This document shows, piece by piece, positions 38,701 through 53,700 of a stretch of DNA of 64,000 nt. Origin of the DNA: Squalus acanthias. Taxonomy: Eukaryota. The notes beneath the pieces were generated by a model. That model was not told where the DNA came from and did not search any database. It saw only the letters and a list, made by a program, of their open reading frames with translations. The translations under genes were made by a program, and so were the position numbers. How positions within the stretch are numbered: position 1 is the stretch's first letter; each line of letters starts with the position of its first letter. Where the stretch lies: positions 124,001-188,000 of the forward strand of contig JASTWF010000353.1 in assembly GCA_030390025.1 (NCBI GenBank). The letters are read 5' to 3'.

Positions 38701-41700
38701 GTGAGATACTGGGACAGACTGTGAGATACTGGGACAGACTGTGAGATACTGGGACAGACTGTGAGATACTGGGACAGACTGTGAGATACTGGGACAGACT
38801 GTGAGATACTGGGACAGACTGTGAGATACTGGGACAGACTGTGAGATACTGGGACAGACTGTGAGATACTGGGACAGACTGTGAGATACTGGGACAGACT
38901 GTGAGATACTGGGACAGACTGTGAGATACTGGGACAGACTGTGAGATACTGGGACAGACTGTGAGATACTGGGACAGACTGTGAGATACTGGGACAGACT
39001 GTGAGATACTGGGACAGACTGTGAGATACTGGGACAGACTGTGAGATACTGGGACAGACTGTGAGATACTGGGACAGACTGTGAGATACTGGGACAGACT
39101 GTGAGATACTGGGACAGACTGTGAGATACTGGGACAGACTGTGAGATACTGGGACAGACTGTGAGATACTGGGACAGACTGTGAGATACTGGGACAGACT
39201 GTGAGATACTGGGACAGACTGTGAGATACTGGGACAGACTGTGAGATACTGGGACAGACTGTGAGATACTGGGACAGACTGTGAGATACTGGGACAGACT
39301 GTGAGATACTGGGACAGACTGTGAGATACTGGGACAGACTGTGAGATACTGGGACAGACTGTGAGATACTGGGACAGACTGTGAGATACTGGGACAGACT
39401 GTGAGATACTGGGACAGACTGTGAGATACTGGGACAGACTGTGAGATACTGGGACAGACTGTGAGATACTGGGACAGACTGTGAGATACTGGGACAGACT
39501 GTGAGATACTGGGACAGACTGTGAGATACTGGGACAGACTGTGAGATACTGGGACAGACTGTGAGATACTGGGACAGACTGTGAGATACTGGGACAGACT
39601 GTGAGATACTGGGACAGACTGTGAGATACTGGGACAGACTGTGAGATACTGGGACAGACTGTGAGATACTGGGACAGACTGTGAGATACTGGGACAGACT
39701 GTGAGATACTGGGACAGACTGTGAGATACTGGGACAGACTGTGAGATACTGGGACAGACTGTGAGATACTGGGACAGACTGTGAGATACTGGGACAGACT
39801 GTGAGATACTGGGACAGACTGTGAGATACTGGGACAGACTGTGAGATACTGGGACAGACTGTGAGATACTGGGACAGACTGTGAGATACTGGGACAGACT
39901 GTGAGATACTGGGACAGACTGTGAGATACTGGGACAGACTGTGAGATACTGGGACAGACTGTGAGATACTGGGACAGACTGTGAGATACTGGGACAGACT
40001 GTGAGATACTGGGACAGACTGTGAGATACTGGGACAGACTGTGAGATACTGGGACAGACTGTGAGATACTGGGACAGACTGTGAGATACTGGGACAGACT
40101 GTGAGATACTGGGACAGACTGTGAGATACTGGGACAGACTGTGAGATACTGGGACAGACTGTGAGATACTGGGACAGACTGTGAGATACTGGGACAGACT
40201 GTGAGATACTGGGACAGACTGTGAGATACTGGGACAGACTGTGAGATACTGGGACAGACTGTGAGATACTGGGACAGACTGTGAGATACTGGGACAGACT
40301 GTGAGATACTGGGACAGACTGTGAGATACTGGGACAGACTGTGAGATACTGGGACAGACTGTGAGATACTGGGACAGACTGTGAGATACTGGGACAGACT
40401 GTGAGATACTGGGACAGACTGTGAGATACTGGGACAGACTGTGAGATACTGGGACAGACTGTGAGATACTGGGACAGACTGTGAGATACTGGGACAGACT
40501 GTGAGATACTGGGACAGACTGTGAGATACTGGGACAGACTGTGAGATACTGGGACAGACTGTGAGATACTGGGACAGACTGTGAGATACTGGGACAGACT
40601 GTGAGATACTGGGACAGACTGTGAGATACTGGGACAGACTGTGAGATACTGGGACAGACTGTGAGATACTGGGACAGACTGTGAGATACTGGGACAGACT
40701 GTGAGATACTGGGACAGACTGTGAGATACTGGGACAGACTGTGAGATACTGGGACAGACTGTGAGATACTGGGACAGACTGTGAGATACTGGGACAGACT
40801 GTGAGATACTGGGACAGACTGTGAGATACTGGGACAGACTGTGAGATACTGGGACAGACTGTGAGATACTGGGACAGACTGTGAGATACTGGGACAGACT
40901 GTGAGATACTGGGACAGACTGTGAGATACTGGGACAGACTGTGAGATACTGGGACAGACTGTGAGATACTGGGACAGACTGTGAGATACTGGGACAGACT
41001 GTGAGATACTGGGACAGACTGTGAGATACTGGGACAGACTGTGAGATACTGGGACAGACTGTGAGATACTGGGACAGACTGTGAGATACTGGGACAGACT
41101 GTGAGATACTGGGACAGACTGTGAGATACTGGGACAGACTGTGAGATACTGGGACAGACTGTGAGATACTGGGACAGACTGTGAGATACTGGGACAGACT
41201 GTGAGATACTGGGACAGACTGTGAGATACTGGGACAGACTGTGAGATACTGGGACAGACTGTGAGATACTGGGACAGACTGTGAGATACTGGGACAGACT
41301 GTGAGATACTGGGACAGACTGTGAGATACTGGGACAGACTGTGAGATACTGGGACAGACTGTGAGATACTGGGACAGACTGTGAGATACTGGGACAGACT
41401 GTGAGATACTGGGACAGACTGTGAGATACTGGGACAGACTGTGAGATACTGGGACAGACTGTGAGATACTGGGACAGACTGTGAGATACTGGGACAGACT
41501 GTGAGATACTGGGACAGACTGTGAGATACTGGGACAGACTGTGAGATACTGGGACAGACTGTGAGATACTGGGACAGACTGTGAGATACTGGGACAGACT
41601 GTGAGATACTGGGACAGACTGTGAGATACTGGGACAGACTGTGAGATACTGGGACAGACTGTGAGATACTGGGACAGACTGTGAGATACTGGGACAGACT

Positions 41701-44700
41701 GTGAGATACTGGGACAGACTGTGAGATACTGGGACAGACTGTGAGATACTGGGACAGACTGTGAGATACTGGGACAGACTGTGAGATACTGGGACAGACT
41801 GTGAGATACTGGGACAGACTGTGAGATACTGGGACAGACTGTGAGATACTGGGACAGACTGTGAGATACTGGGACAGACTGTGAGATACTGGGACAGACT
41901 GTGAGATACTGGGACAGACTGTGAGATACTGGGACAGACTGTGAGATACTGGGACAGACTGTGAGATACTGGGACAGACTGTGAGATACTGGGACAGACT
42001 GTGAGATACTGGGACAGACTGTGAGATACTGGGACAGACTGTGAGATACTGGGACAGACTGTGAGATACTGGGACAGACTGTGAGATACTGGGACAGACT
42101 GTGAGATACTGGGACAGACTGTGAGATACTGGGACAGACTGTGAGATACTGGGACAGACTGTGAGATACTGGGACAGACTGTGAGATACTGGGACAGACT
42201 GTGAGATACTGGGACAGACTGTGAGATACTGGGACAGACTGTGAGATACTGGGACAGACTGTGAGATACTGGGACAGACTGTGAGATACTGGGACAGACT
42301 GTGAGATACTGGGACAGACTGTGAGATACTGGGACAGACTGTGAGATACTGGGACAGACTGTGAGATACTGGGACAGACTGTGAGATACTGGGACAGACT
42401 GTGAGATACTGGGACAGACTGTGAGATACTGGGACAGACTGTGAGATACTGGGACAGACTGTGAGATACTGGGACAGACTGTGAGATACTGGGACAGACT
42501 GTGAGATACTGGGACAGACTGTGAGATACTGGGACAGACTGTGAGATACTGGGACAGACTGTGAGATACTGGGACAGACTGTGAGATACTGGGACAGACT
42601 GTGAGATACTGGGACAGACTGTGAGATACTGGGACAGACTGTGAGATACTGGGACAGACTGTGAGATACTGGGACAGACTGTGAGATACTGGGACAGACT
42701 GTGAGATACTGGGACAGACTGTGAGATACTGGGACAGACTGTGAGATACTGGGACAGACTGTGAGATACTGGGACAGACTGTGAGATACTGGGACAGACT
42801 GTGAGATACTGGGACAGACTGTGAGATACTGGGACAGACTGTGAGATACTGGGACAGACTGTGAGATACTGGGACAGACTGTGAGATACTGGGACAGACT
42901 GTGAGATACTGGGACAGACTGTGAGATACTGGGACAGACTGTGAGATACTGGGACAGACTGTGAGATACTGGGACAGACTGTGAGATACTGGGACAGACT
43001 GTGAGATACTGGGACAGACTGTGAGATACTGGGACAGACTGTGAGATACTGGGACAGACTGTGAGATACTGGGACAGACTGTGAGATACTGGGACAGACT
43101 GTGAGATACTGGGACAGACTGTGAGATACTGGGACAGACTGTGAGATACTGGGACAGACTGTGAGATACTGGGACAGACTGTGAGATACTGGGACAGACT
43201 GTGAGATACTGGGACAGACTGTGAGATACTGGGACAGACTGTGAGATACTGGGACAGACTGTGAGATACTGGGACAGACTGTGAGATACTGGGACAGACT
43301 GTGAGATACTGGGACAGACTGTGAGATACTGGGACAGACTGTGAGATACTGGGACAGACTGTGAGATACTGGGACAGACTGTGAGATACTGGGACAGACT
43401 GTGAGATACTGGGACAGACTGTGAGATACTGGGACAGACTGTGAGATACTGGGACAGACTGTGAGATACTGGGACAGACTGTGAGATACTGGGACAGACT
43501 GTGAGATACTGGGACAGACTGTGAGATACTGGGACAGACTGTGAGATACTGGGACAGACTGTGAGATACTGGGACAGACTGTGAGATACTGGGACAGACT
43601 GTGAGATACTGGGACAGACTGTGAGATACTGGGACAGACTGTGAGATACTGGGACAGACTGTGAGATACTGGGACAGACTGTGAGATACTGGGACAGACT
43701 GTGAGATACTGGGACAGACTGTGAGATACTGGGACAGACTGTGAGATACTGGGACAGACTGTGAGATACTGGGACAGACTGTGAGATACTGGGACAGACT
43801 GTGAGATACTGGGACAGACTGTGAGATACTGGGACAGACTGTGAGATACTGGGACAGACTGTGAGATACTGGGACAGACTGTGAGATACTGGGACAGACT
43901 GTGAGATACTGGGACAGACTGTGAGATACTGGGACAGACTGTGAGATACTGGGACAGACTGTGAGATACTGGGACAGACTGTGAGATACTGGGACAGACT
44001 GTGAGATACTGGGACAGACTGTGAGATACTGGGACAGACTGTGAGATACTGGGACAGACTGTGAGATACTGGGACAGACTGTGAGATACTGGGACAGACT
44101 GTGAGATACTGGGACAGACTGTGAGATACTGGGACAGACTGTGAGATACTGGGACAGACTGTGAGATACTGGGACAGACTGTGAGATACTGGGACAGACT
44201 GTGAGATACTGGGACAGACTGTGAGATACTGGGACAGACTGTGAGATACTGGGACAGACTGTGAGATACTGGGACAGACTGTGAGATACTGGGACAGACT
44301 GTGAGATACTGGGACAGACTGTGAGATACTGGGACAGACTGTGAGATACTGGGACAGACTGTGAGATACTGGGACAGACTGTGAGATACTGGGACAGACT
44401 GTGAGATACTGGGACAGACTGTGAGATACTGGGACAGACTGTGAGATACTGGGACAGACTGTGAGATACTGGGACAGACTGTGAGATACTGGGACAGACT
44501 GTGAGATACTGGGACAGACTGTGAGATACTGGGACAGACTGTGAGATACTGGGACAGACTGTGAGATACTGGGACAGACTGTGAGATACTGGGACAGACT
44601 GTGAGATACTGGGACAGACTGTGAGATACTGGGACAGACTGTGAGATACTGGGACAGACTGTGAGATACTGGGACAGACTGTGAGATACTGGGACAGACT

Positions 44701-47700
44701 GTGAGATACTGGGACAGACTGTGAGATACTGGGACAGACTGTGAGATACTGGGACAGACTGTGAGATACTGGGACAGACTGTGAGATACTGGGACAGACT
44801 GTGAGATACTGGGACAGACTGTGAGATACTGGGACAGACTGTGAGATACTGGGACAGACTGTGAGATACTGGGACAGACTGTGAGATACTGGGACAGACT
44901 GTGAGATACTGGGACAGACTGTGAGATACTGGGACAGACTGTGAGATACTGGGACAGACTGTGAGATACTGGGACAGACTGTGAGATACTGGGACAGACT
45001 GTGAGATACTGGGACAGACTGTGAGATACTGGGACAGACTGTGAGATACTGGGACAGACTGTGAGATACTGGGACAGACTGTGAGATACTGGGACAGACT
45101 GTGAGATACTGGGACAGACTGTGAGATACTGGGACAGACTGTGAGATACTGGGACAGACTGTGAGATACTGGGACAGACTGTGAGATACTGGGACAGACT
45201 GTGAGATACTGGGACAGACTGTGAGATACTGGGACAGACTGTGAGATACTGGGACAGACTGTGAGATACTGGGACAGACTGTGAGATACTGGGACAGACT
45301 GTGAGATACTGGGACAGACTGTGAGATACTGGGACAGACTGTGAGATACTGGGACAGACTGTGAGATACTGGGACAGACTGTGAGATACTGGGACAGACT
45401 GTGAGATACTGGGACAGACTGTGAGATACTGGGACAGACTGTGAGATACTGGGACAGACTGTGAGATACTGGGACAGACTGTGAGATACTGGGACAGACT
45501 GTGAGATACTGGGACAGACTGTGAGATACTGGGACAGACTGTGAGATACTGGGACAGACTGTGAGATACTGGGACAGACTGTGAGATACTGGGACAGACT
45601 GTGAGATACTGGGACAGACTGTGAGATACTGGGACAGACTGTGAGATACTGGGACAGACTGTGAGATACTGGGACAGACTGTGAGATACTGGGACAGACT
45701 GTGAGATACTGGGACAGACTGTGAGATACTGGGACAGACTGTGAGATACTGGGACAGACTGTGAGATACTGGGACAGACTGTGAGATACTGGGACAGACT
45801 GTGAGATACTGGGACAGACTGTGAGATACTGGGACAGACTGTGAGATACTGGGACAGACTGTGAGATACTGGGACAGACTGTGAGATACTGGGACAGACT
45901 GTGAGATACTGGGACAGACTGTGAGATACTGGGACAGACTGTGAGATACTGGGACAGACTGTGAGATACTGGGACAGACTGTGAGATACTGGGACAGACT
46001 GTGAGATACTGGGACAGACTGTGAGATACTGGGACAGACTGTGAGATACTGGGACAGACTGTGAGATACTGGGACAGACTGTGAGATACTGGGACAGACT
46101 GTGAGATACTGGGACAGACTGTGAGATACTGGGACAGACTGTGAGATACTGGGACAGACTGTGAGATACTGGGACAGACTGTGAGATACTGGGACAGACT
46201 GTGAGATACTGGGACAGACTGTGAGATACTGGGACAGACTGTGAGATACTGGGACAGACTGTGAGATACTGGGACAGACTGTGAGATACTGGGACAGACT
46301 GTGAGATACTGGGACAGACTGTGAGATACTGGGACAGACTGTGAGATACTGGGACAGACTGTGAGATACTGGGACAGACTGTGAGATACTGGGACAGACT
46401 GTGAGATACTGGGACAGACTGTGAGATACTGGGACAGACTGTGAGATACTGGGACAGACTGTGAGATACTGGGACAGACTGTGAGATACTGGGACAGACT
46501 GTGAGATACTGGGACAGACTGTGAGATACTGGGACAGACTGTGAGATACTGGGACAGACTGTGAGATACTGGGACAGACTGTGAGATACTGGGACAGACT
46601 GTGAGATACTGGGACAGACTGTGAGATACTGGGACAGACTGTGAGATACTGGGACAGACTGTGAGATACTGGGACAGACTGTGAGATACTGGGACAGACT
46701 GTGAGATACTGGGACAGACTGTGAGATACTGGGACAGACTGTGAGATACTGGGACAGACTGTGAGATACTGGGACAGACTGTGAGATACTGGGACAGACT
46801 GTGAGATACTGGGACAGACTGTGAGATACTGGGACAGACTGTGAGATACTGGGACAGACTGTGAGATACTGGGACAGACTGTGAGATACTGGGACAGACT
46901 GTGAGATACTGGGACAGACTGTGAGATACTGGGACAGACTGTGAGATACTGGGACAGACTGTGAGATACTGGGACAGACTGTGAGATACTGGGACAGACT
47001 GTGAGATACTGGGACAGACTGTGAGATACTGGGACAGACTGTGAGATACTGGGACAGACTGTGAGATACTGGGACAGACTGTGAGATACTGGGACAGACT
47101 GTGAGATACTGGGACAGACTGTGAGATACTGGGACAGACTGTGAGATACTGGGACAGACTGTGAGATACTGGGACAGACTGTGAGATACTGGGACAGACT
47201 GTGAGATACTGGGACAGACTGTGAGATACTGGGACAGACTGTGAGATACTGGGACAGACTGTGAGATACTGGGACAGACTGTGAGATACTGGGACAGACT
47301 GTGAGATACTGGGACAGACTGTGAGATACTGGGACAGACTGTGAGATACTGGGACAGACTGTGAGATACTGGGACAGACTGTGAGATACTGGGACAGACT
47401 GTGAGATACTGGGACAGACTGTGAGATACTGGGACAGACTGTGAGATACTGGGACAGACTGTGAGATACTGGGACAGACTGTGAGATACTGGGACAGACT
47501 GTGAGATACTGGGACAGACTGTGAGATACTGGGACAGACTGTGAGATACTGGGACAGACTGTGAGATACTGGGACAGACTGTGAGATACTGGGACAGACT
47601 GTGAGATACTGGGACAGACTGTGAGATACTGGGACAGACTGTGAGATACTGGGACAGACTGTGAGATACTGGGACAGACTGTGAGATACTGGGACAGACT

Positions 47701-50700
47701 GTGAGATACTGGGACAGACTGTGAGATACTGGGACAGACTGTGAGATACTGGGACAGACTGTGAGATACTGGGACAGACTGTGAGATACTGGGACAGACT
47801 GTGAGATACTGGGACAGACTGTGAGATACTGGGACAGACTGTGAGATACTGGGACAGACTGTGAGATACTGGGACAGACTGTGAGATACTGGGACAGACT
47901 GTGAGATACTGGGACAGACTGTGAGATACTGGGACAGACTGTGAGATACTGGGACAGACTGTGAGATACTGGGACAGACTGTGAGATACTGGGACAGACT
48001 GTGAGATACTGGGACAGACTGTGAGATACTGGGACAGACTGTGAGATACTGGGACAGACTGTGAGATACTGGGACAGACTGTGAGATACTGGGACAGACT
48101 GTGAGATACTGGGACAGACTGTGAGATACTGGGACAGACTGTGAGATACTGGGACAGACTGTGAGATACTGGGACAGACTGTGAGATACTGGGACAGACT
48201 GTGAGATACTGGGACAGACTGTGAGATACTGGGACAGACTGTGAGATACTGGGACAGACTGTGAGATACTGGGACAGACTGTGAGATACTGGGACAGACT
48301 GTGAGATACTGGGACAGACTGTGAGATACTGGGACAGACTGTGAGATACTGGGACAGACTGTGAGATACTGGGACAGACTGTGAGATACTGGGACAGACT
48401 GTGAGATACTGGGACAGACTGTGAGATACTGGGACAGACTGTGAGATACTGGGACAGACTGTGAGATACTGGGACAGACTGTGAGATACTGGGACAGACT
48501 GTGAGATACTGGGACAGACTGTGAGATACTGGGACAGACTGTGAGATACTGGGACAGACTGTGAGATACTGGGACAGACTGTGAGATACTGGGACAGACT
48601 GTGAGATACTGGGACAGACTGTGAGATACTGGGACAGACTGTGAGATACTGGGACAGACTGTGAGATACTGGGACAGACTGTGAGATACTGGGACAGACT
48701 GTGAGATACTGGGACAGACTGTGAGATACTGGGACAGACTGTGAGATACTGGGACAGACTGTGAGATACTGGGACAGACTGTGAGATACTGGGACAGACT
48801 GTGAGATACTGGGACAGACTGTGAGATACTGGGACAGACTGTGAGATACTGGGACAGACTGTGAGATACTGGGACAGACTGTGAGATACTGGGACAGACT
48901 GTGAGATACTGGGACAGACTGTGAGATACTGGGACAGACTGTGAGATACTGGGACAGACTGTGAGATACTGGGACAGACTGTGAGATACTGGGACAGACT
49001 GTGAGATACTGGGACAGACTGTGAGATACTGGGACAGACTGTGAGATACTGGGACAGACTGTGAGATACTGGGACAGACTGTGAGATACTGGGACAGACT
49101 GTGAGATACTGGGACAGACTGTGAGATACTGGGACAGACTGTGAGATACTGGGACAGACTGTGAGATACTGGGACAGACTGTGAGATACTGGGACAGACT
49201 GTGAGATACTGGGACAGACTGTGAGATACTGGGACAGACTGTGAGATACTGGGACAGACTGTGAGATACTGGGACAGACTGTGAGATACTGGGACAGACT
49301 GTGAGATACTGGGACAGACTGTGAGATACTGGGACAGACTGTGAGATACTGGGACAGACTGTGAGATACTGGGACAGACTGTGAGATACTGGGACAGACT
49401 GTGAGATACTGGGACAGACTGTGAGATACTGGGACAGACTGTGAGATACTGGGACAGACTGTGAGATACTGGGACAGACTGTGAGATACTGGGACAGACT
49501 GTGAGATACTGGGACAGACTGTGAGATACTGGGACAGACTGTGAGATACTGGGACAGACTGTGAGATACTGGGACAGACTGTGAGATACTGGGACAGACT
49601 GTGAGATACTGGGACAGACTGTGAGATACTGGGACAGACTGTGAGATACTGGGACAGACTGTGAGATACTGGGACAGACTGTGAGATACTGGGACAGACT
49701 GTGAGATACTGGGACAGACTGTGAGATACTGGGACAGACTGTGAGATACTGGGACAGACTGTGAGATACTGGGACAGACTGTGAGATACTGGGACAGACT
49801 GTGAGATACTGGGACAGACTGTGAGATACTGGGACAGACTGTGAGATACTGGGACAGACTGTGAGATACTGGGACAGACTGTGAGATACTGGGACAGACT
49901 GTGAGATACTGGGACAGACTGTGAGATACTGGGACAGACTGTGAGATACTGGGACAGACTGTGAGATACTGGGACAGACTGTGAGATACTGGGACAGACT
50001 GTGAGATACTGGGACAGACTGTGAGATACTGGGACAGACTGTGAGATACTGGGACAGACTGTGAGATACTGGGACAGACTGTGAGATACTGGGACAGACT
50101 GTGAGATACTGGGACAGACTGTGAGATACTGGGACAGACTGTGAGATACTGGGACAGACTGTGAGATACTGGGACAGACTGTGAGATACTGGGACAGACT
50201 GTGAGATACTGGGACAGACTGTGAGATACTGGGACAGACTGTGAGATACTGGGACAGACTGTGAGATACTGGGACAGACTGTGAGATACTGGGACAGACT
50301 GTGAGATACTGGGACAGACTGTGAGATACTGGGACAGACTGTGAGATACTGGGACAGACTGTGAGATACTGGGACAGACTGTGAGATACTGGGACAGACT
50401 GTGAGATACTGGGACAGACTGTGAGATACTGGGACAGACTGTGAGATACTGGGACAGACTGTGAGATACTGGGACAGACTGTGAGATACTGGGACAGACT
50501 GTGAGATACTGGGACAGACTGTGAGATACTGGGACAGACTGTGAGATACTGGGACAGACTGTGAGATACTGGGACAGACTGTGAGATACTGGGACAGACT
50601 GTGAGATACTGGGACAGACTGTGAGATACTGGGACAGACTGTGAGATACTGGGACAGACTGTGAGATACTGGGACAGACTGTGAGATACTGGGACAGACT

Positions 50701-53700
50701 GTGAGATACTGGGACAGACTGTGAGATACTGGGACAGACTGTGAGATACTGGGACAGACTGTGAGATACTGGGACAGACTGTGAGATACTGGGACAGACT
50801 GTGAGATACTGGGACAGACTGTGAGATACTGGGACAGACTGTGAGATACTGGGACAGACTGTGAGATACTGGGACAGACTGTGAGATACTGGGACAGACT
50901 GTGAGATACTGGGACAGACTGTGAGATACTGGGACAGACTGTGAGATACTGGGACAGACTGTGAGATACTGGGACAGACTGTGAGATACTGGGACAGACT
51001 GTGAGATACTGGGACAGACTGTGAGATACTGGGACAGACTGTGAGATACTGGGACAGACTGTGAGATACTGGGACAGACTGTGAGATACTGGGACAGACT
51101 GTGAGATACTGGGACAGACTGTGAGATACTGGGACAGACTGTGAGATACTGGGACAGACTGTGAGATACTGGGACAGACTGTGAGATACTGGGACAGACT
51201 GTGAGATACTGGGACAGACTGTGAGATACTGGGACAGACTGTGAGATACTGGGACAGACTGTGAGATACTGGGACAGACTGTGAGATACTGGGACAGACT
51301 GTGAGATACTGGGACAGACTGTGAGATACTGGGACAGACTGTGAGATACTGGGACAGACTGTGAGATACTGGGACAGACTGTGAGATACTGGGACAGACT
51401 GTGAGATACTGGGACAGACTGTGAGATACTGGGACAGACTGTGAGATACTGGGACAGACTGTGAGATACTGGGACAGACTGTGAGATACTGGGACAGACT
51501 GTGAGATACTGGGACAGACTGTGAGATACTGGGACAGACTGTGAGATACTGGGACAGACTGTGAGATACTGGGACAGACTGTGAGATACTGGGACAGACT
51601 GTGAGATACTGGGACAGACTGTGAGATACTGGGACAGACTGTGAGATACTGGGACAGACTGTGAGATACTGGGACAGACTGTGAGATACTGGGACAGACT
51701 GTGAGATACTGGGACAGACTGTGAGATACTGGGACAGACTGTGAGATACTGGGACAGACTGTGAGATACTGGGACAGACTGTGAGATACTGGGACAGACT
51801 GTGAGATACTGGGACAGACTGTGAGATACTGGGACAGACTGTGAGATACTGGGACAGACTGTGAGATACTGGGACAGACTGTGAGATACTGGGACAGACT
51901 GTGAGATACTGGGACAGACTGTGAGATACTGGGACAGACTGTGAGATACTGGGACAGACTGTGAGATACTGGGACAGACTGTGAGATACTGGGACAGACT
52001 GTGAGATACTGGGACAGACTGTGAGATACTGGGACAGACTGTGAGATACTGGGACAGACTGTGAGATACTGGGACAGACTGTGAGATACTGGGACAGACT
52101 GTGAGATACTGGGACAGACTGTGAGATACTGGGACAGACTGTGAGATACTGGGACAGACTGTGAGATACTGGGACAGACTGTGAGATACTGGGACAGACT
52201 GTGAGATACTGGGACAGACTGTGAGATACTGGGACAGACTGTGAGATACTGGGACAGACTGTGAGATACTGGGACAGACTGTGAGATACTGGGACAGACT
52301 GTGAGATACTGGGACAGACTGTGAGATACTGGGACAGACTGTGAGATACTGGGACAGACTGTGAGATACTGGGACAGACTGTGAGATACTGGGACAGACT
52401 GTGAGATACTGGGACAGACTGTGAGATACTGGGACAGACTGTGAGATACTGGGACAGACTGTGAGATACTGGGACAGACTGTGAGATACTGGGACAGACT
52501 GTGAGATACTGGGACAGACTGTGAGATACTGGGACAGACTGTGAGATACTGGGACAGACTGTGAGATACTGGGACAGACTGTGAGATACTGGGACAGACT
52601 GTGAGATACTGGGACAGACTGTGAGATACTGGGACAGACTGTGAGATACTGGGACAGACTGTGAGATACTGGGACAGACTGTGAGATACTGGGACAGACT
52701 GTGAGATACTGGGACAGACTGTGAGATACTGGGACAGACTGTGAGATACTGGGACAGACTGTGAGATACTGGGACAGACTGTGAGATACTGGGACAGACT
52801 GTGAGATACTGGGACAGACTGTGAGATACTGGGACAGACTGTGAGATACTGGGACAGACTGTGAGATACTGGGACAGACTGTGAGATACTGGGACAGACT
52901 GTGAGATACTGGGACAGACTGTGAGATACTGGGACAGACTGTGAGATACTGGGACAGACTGTGAGATACTGGGACAGACTGTGAGATACTGGGACAGACT
53001 GTGAGATACTGGGACAGACTGTGAGATACTGGGACAGACTGTGAGATACTGGGACAGACTGTGAGATACTGGGACAGACTGTGAGATACTGGGACAGACT
53101 GTGAGATACTGGGACAGACTGTGAGATACTGGGACAGACTGTGAGATACTGGGACAGACTGTGAGATACTGGGACAGACTGTGAGATACTGGGACAGACT
53201 GTGAGATACTGGGACAGACTGTGAGATACTGGGACAGACTGTGAGATACTGGGACAGACTGTGAGATACTGGGACAGACTGTGAGATACTGGGACAGACT
53301 GTGAGATACTGGGACAGACTGTGAGATACTGGGACAGACTGTGAGATACTGGGACAGACTGTGAGATACTGGGACAGACTGTGAGATACTGGGACAGACT
53401 GTGAGATACTGGGACAGACTGTGAGATACTGGGACAGACTGTGAGATACTGGGACAGACTGTGAGATACTGGGACAGACTGTGAGATACTGGGACAGACT
53501 GTGAGATACTGGGACAGACTGTGAGATACTGGGACAGACTGTGAGATACTGGGACAGACTGTGAGATACTGGGACAGACTGTGAGATACTGGGACAGACT
53601 GTGAGATACTGGGACAGACTGTGAGATACTGGGACAGACTGTGAGATACTGGGACAGACTGTGAGATACTGGGACAGACTGTGAGATACTGGGACAGACT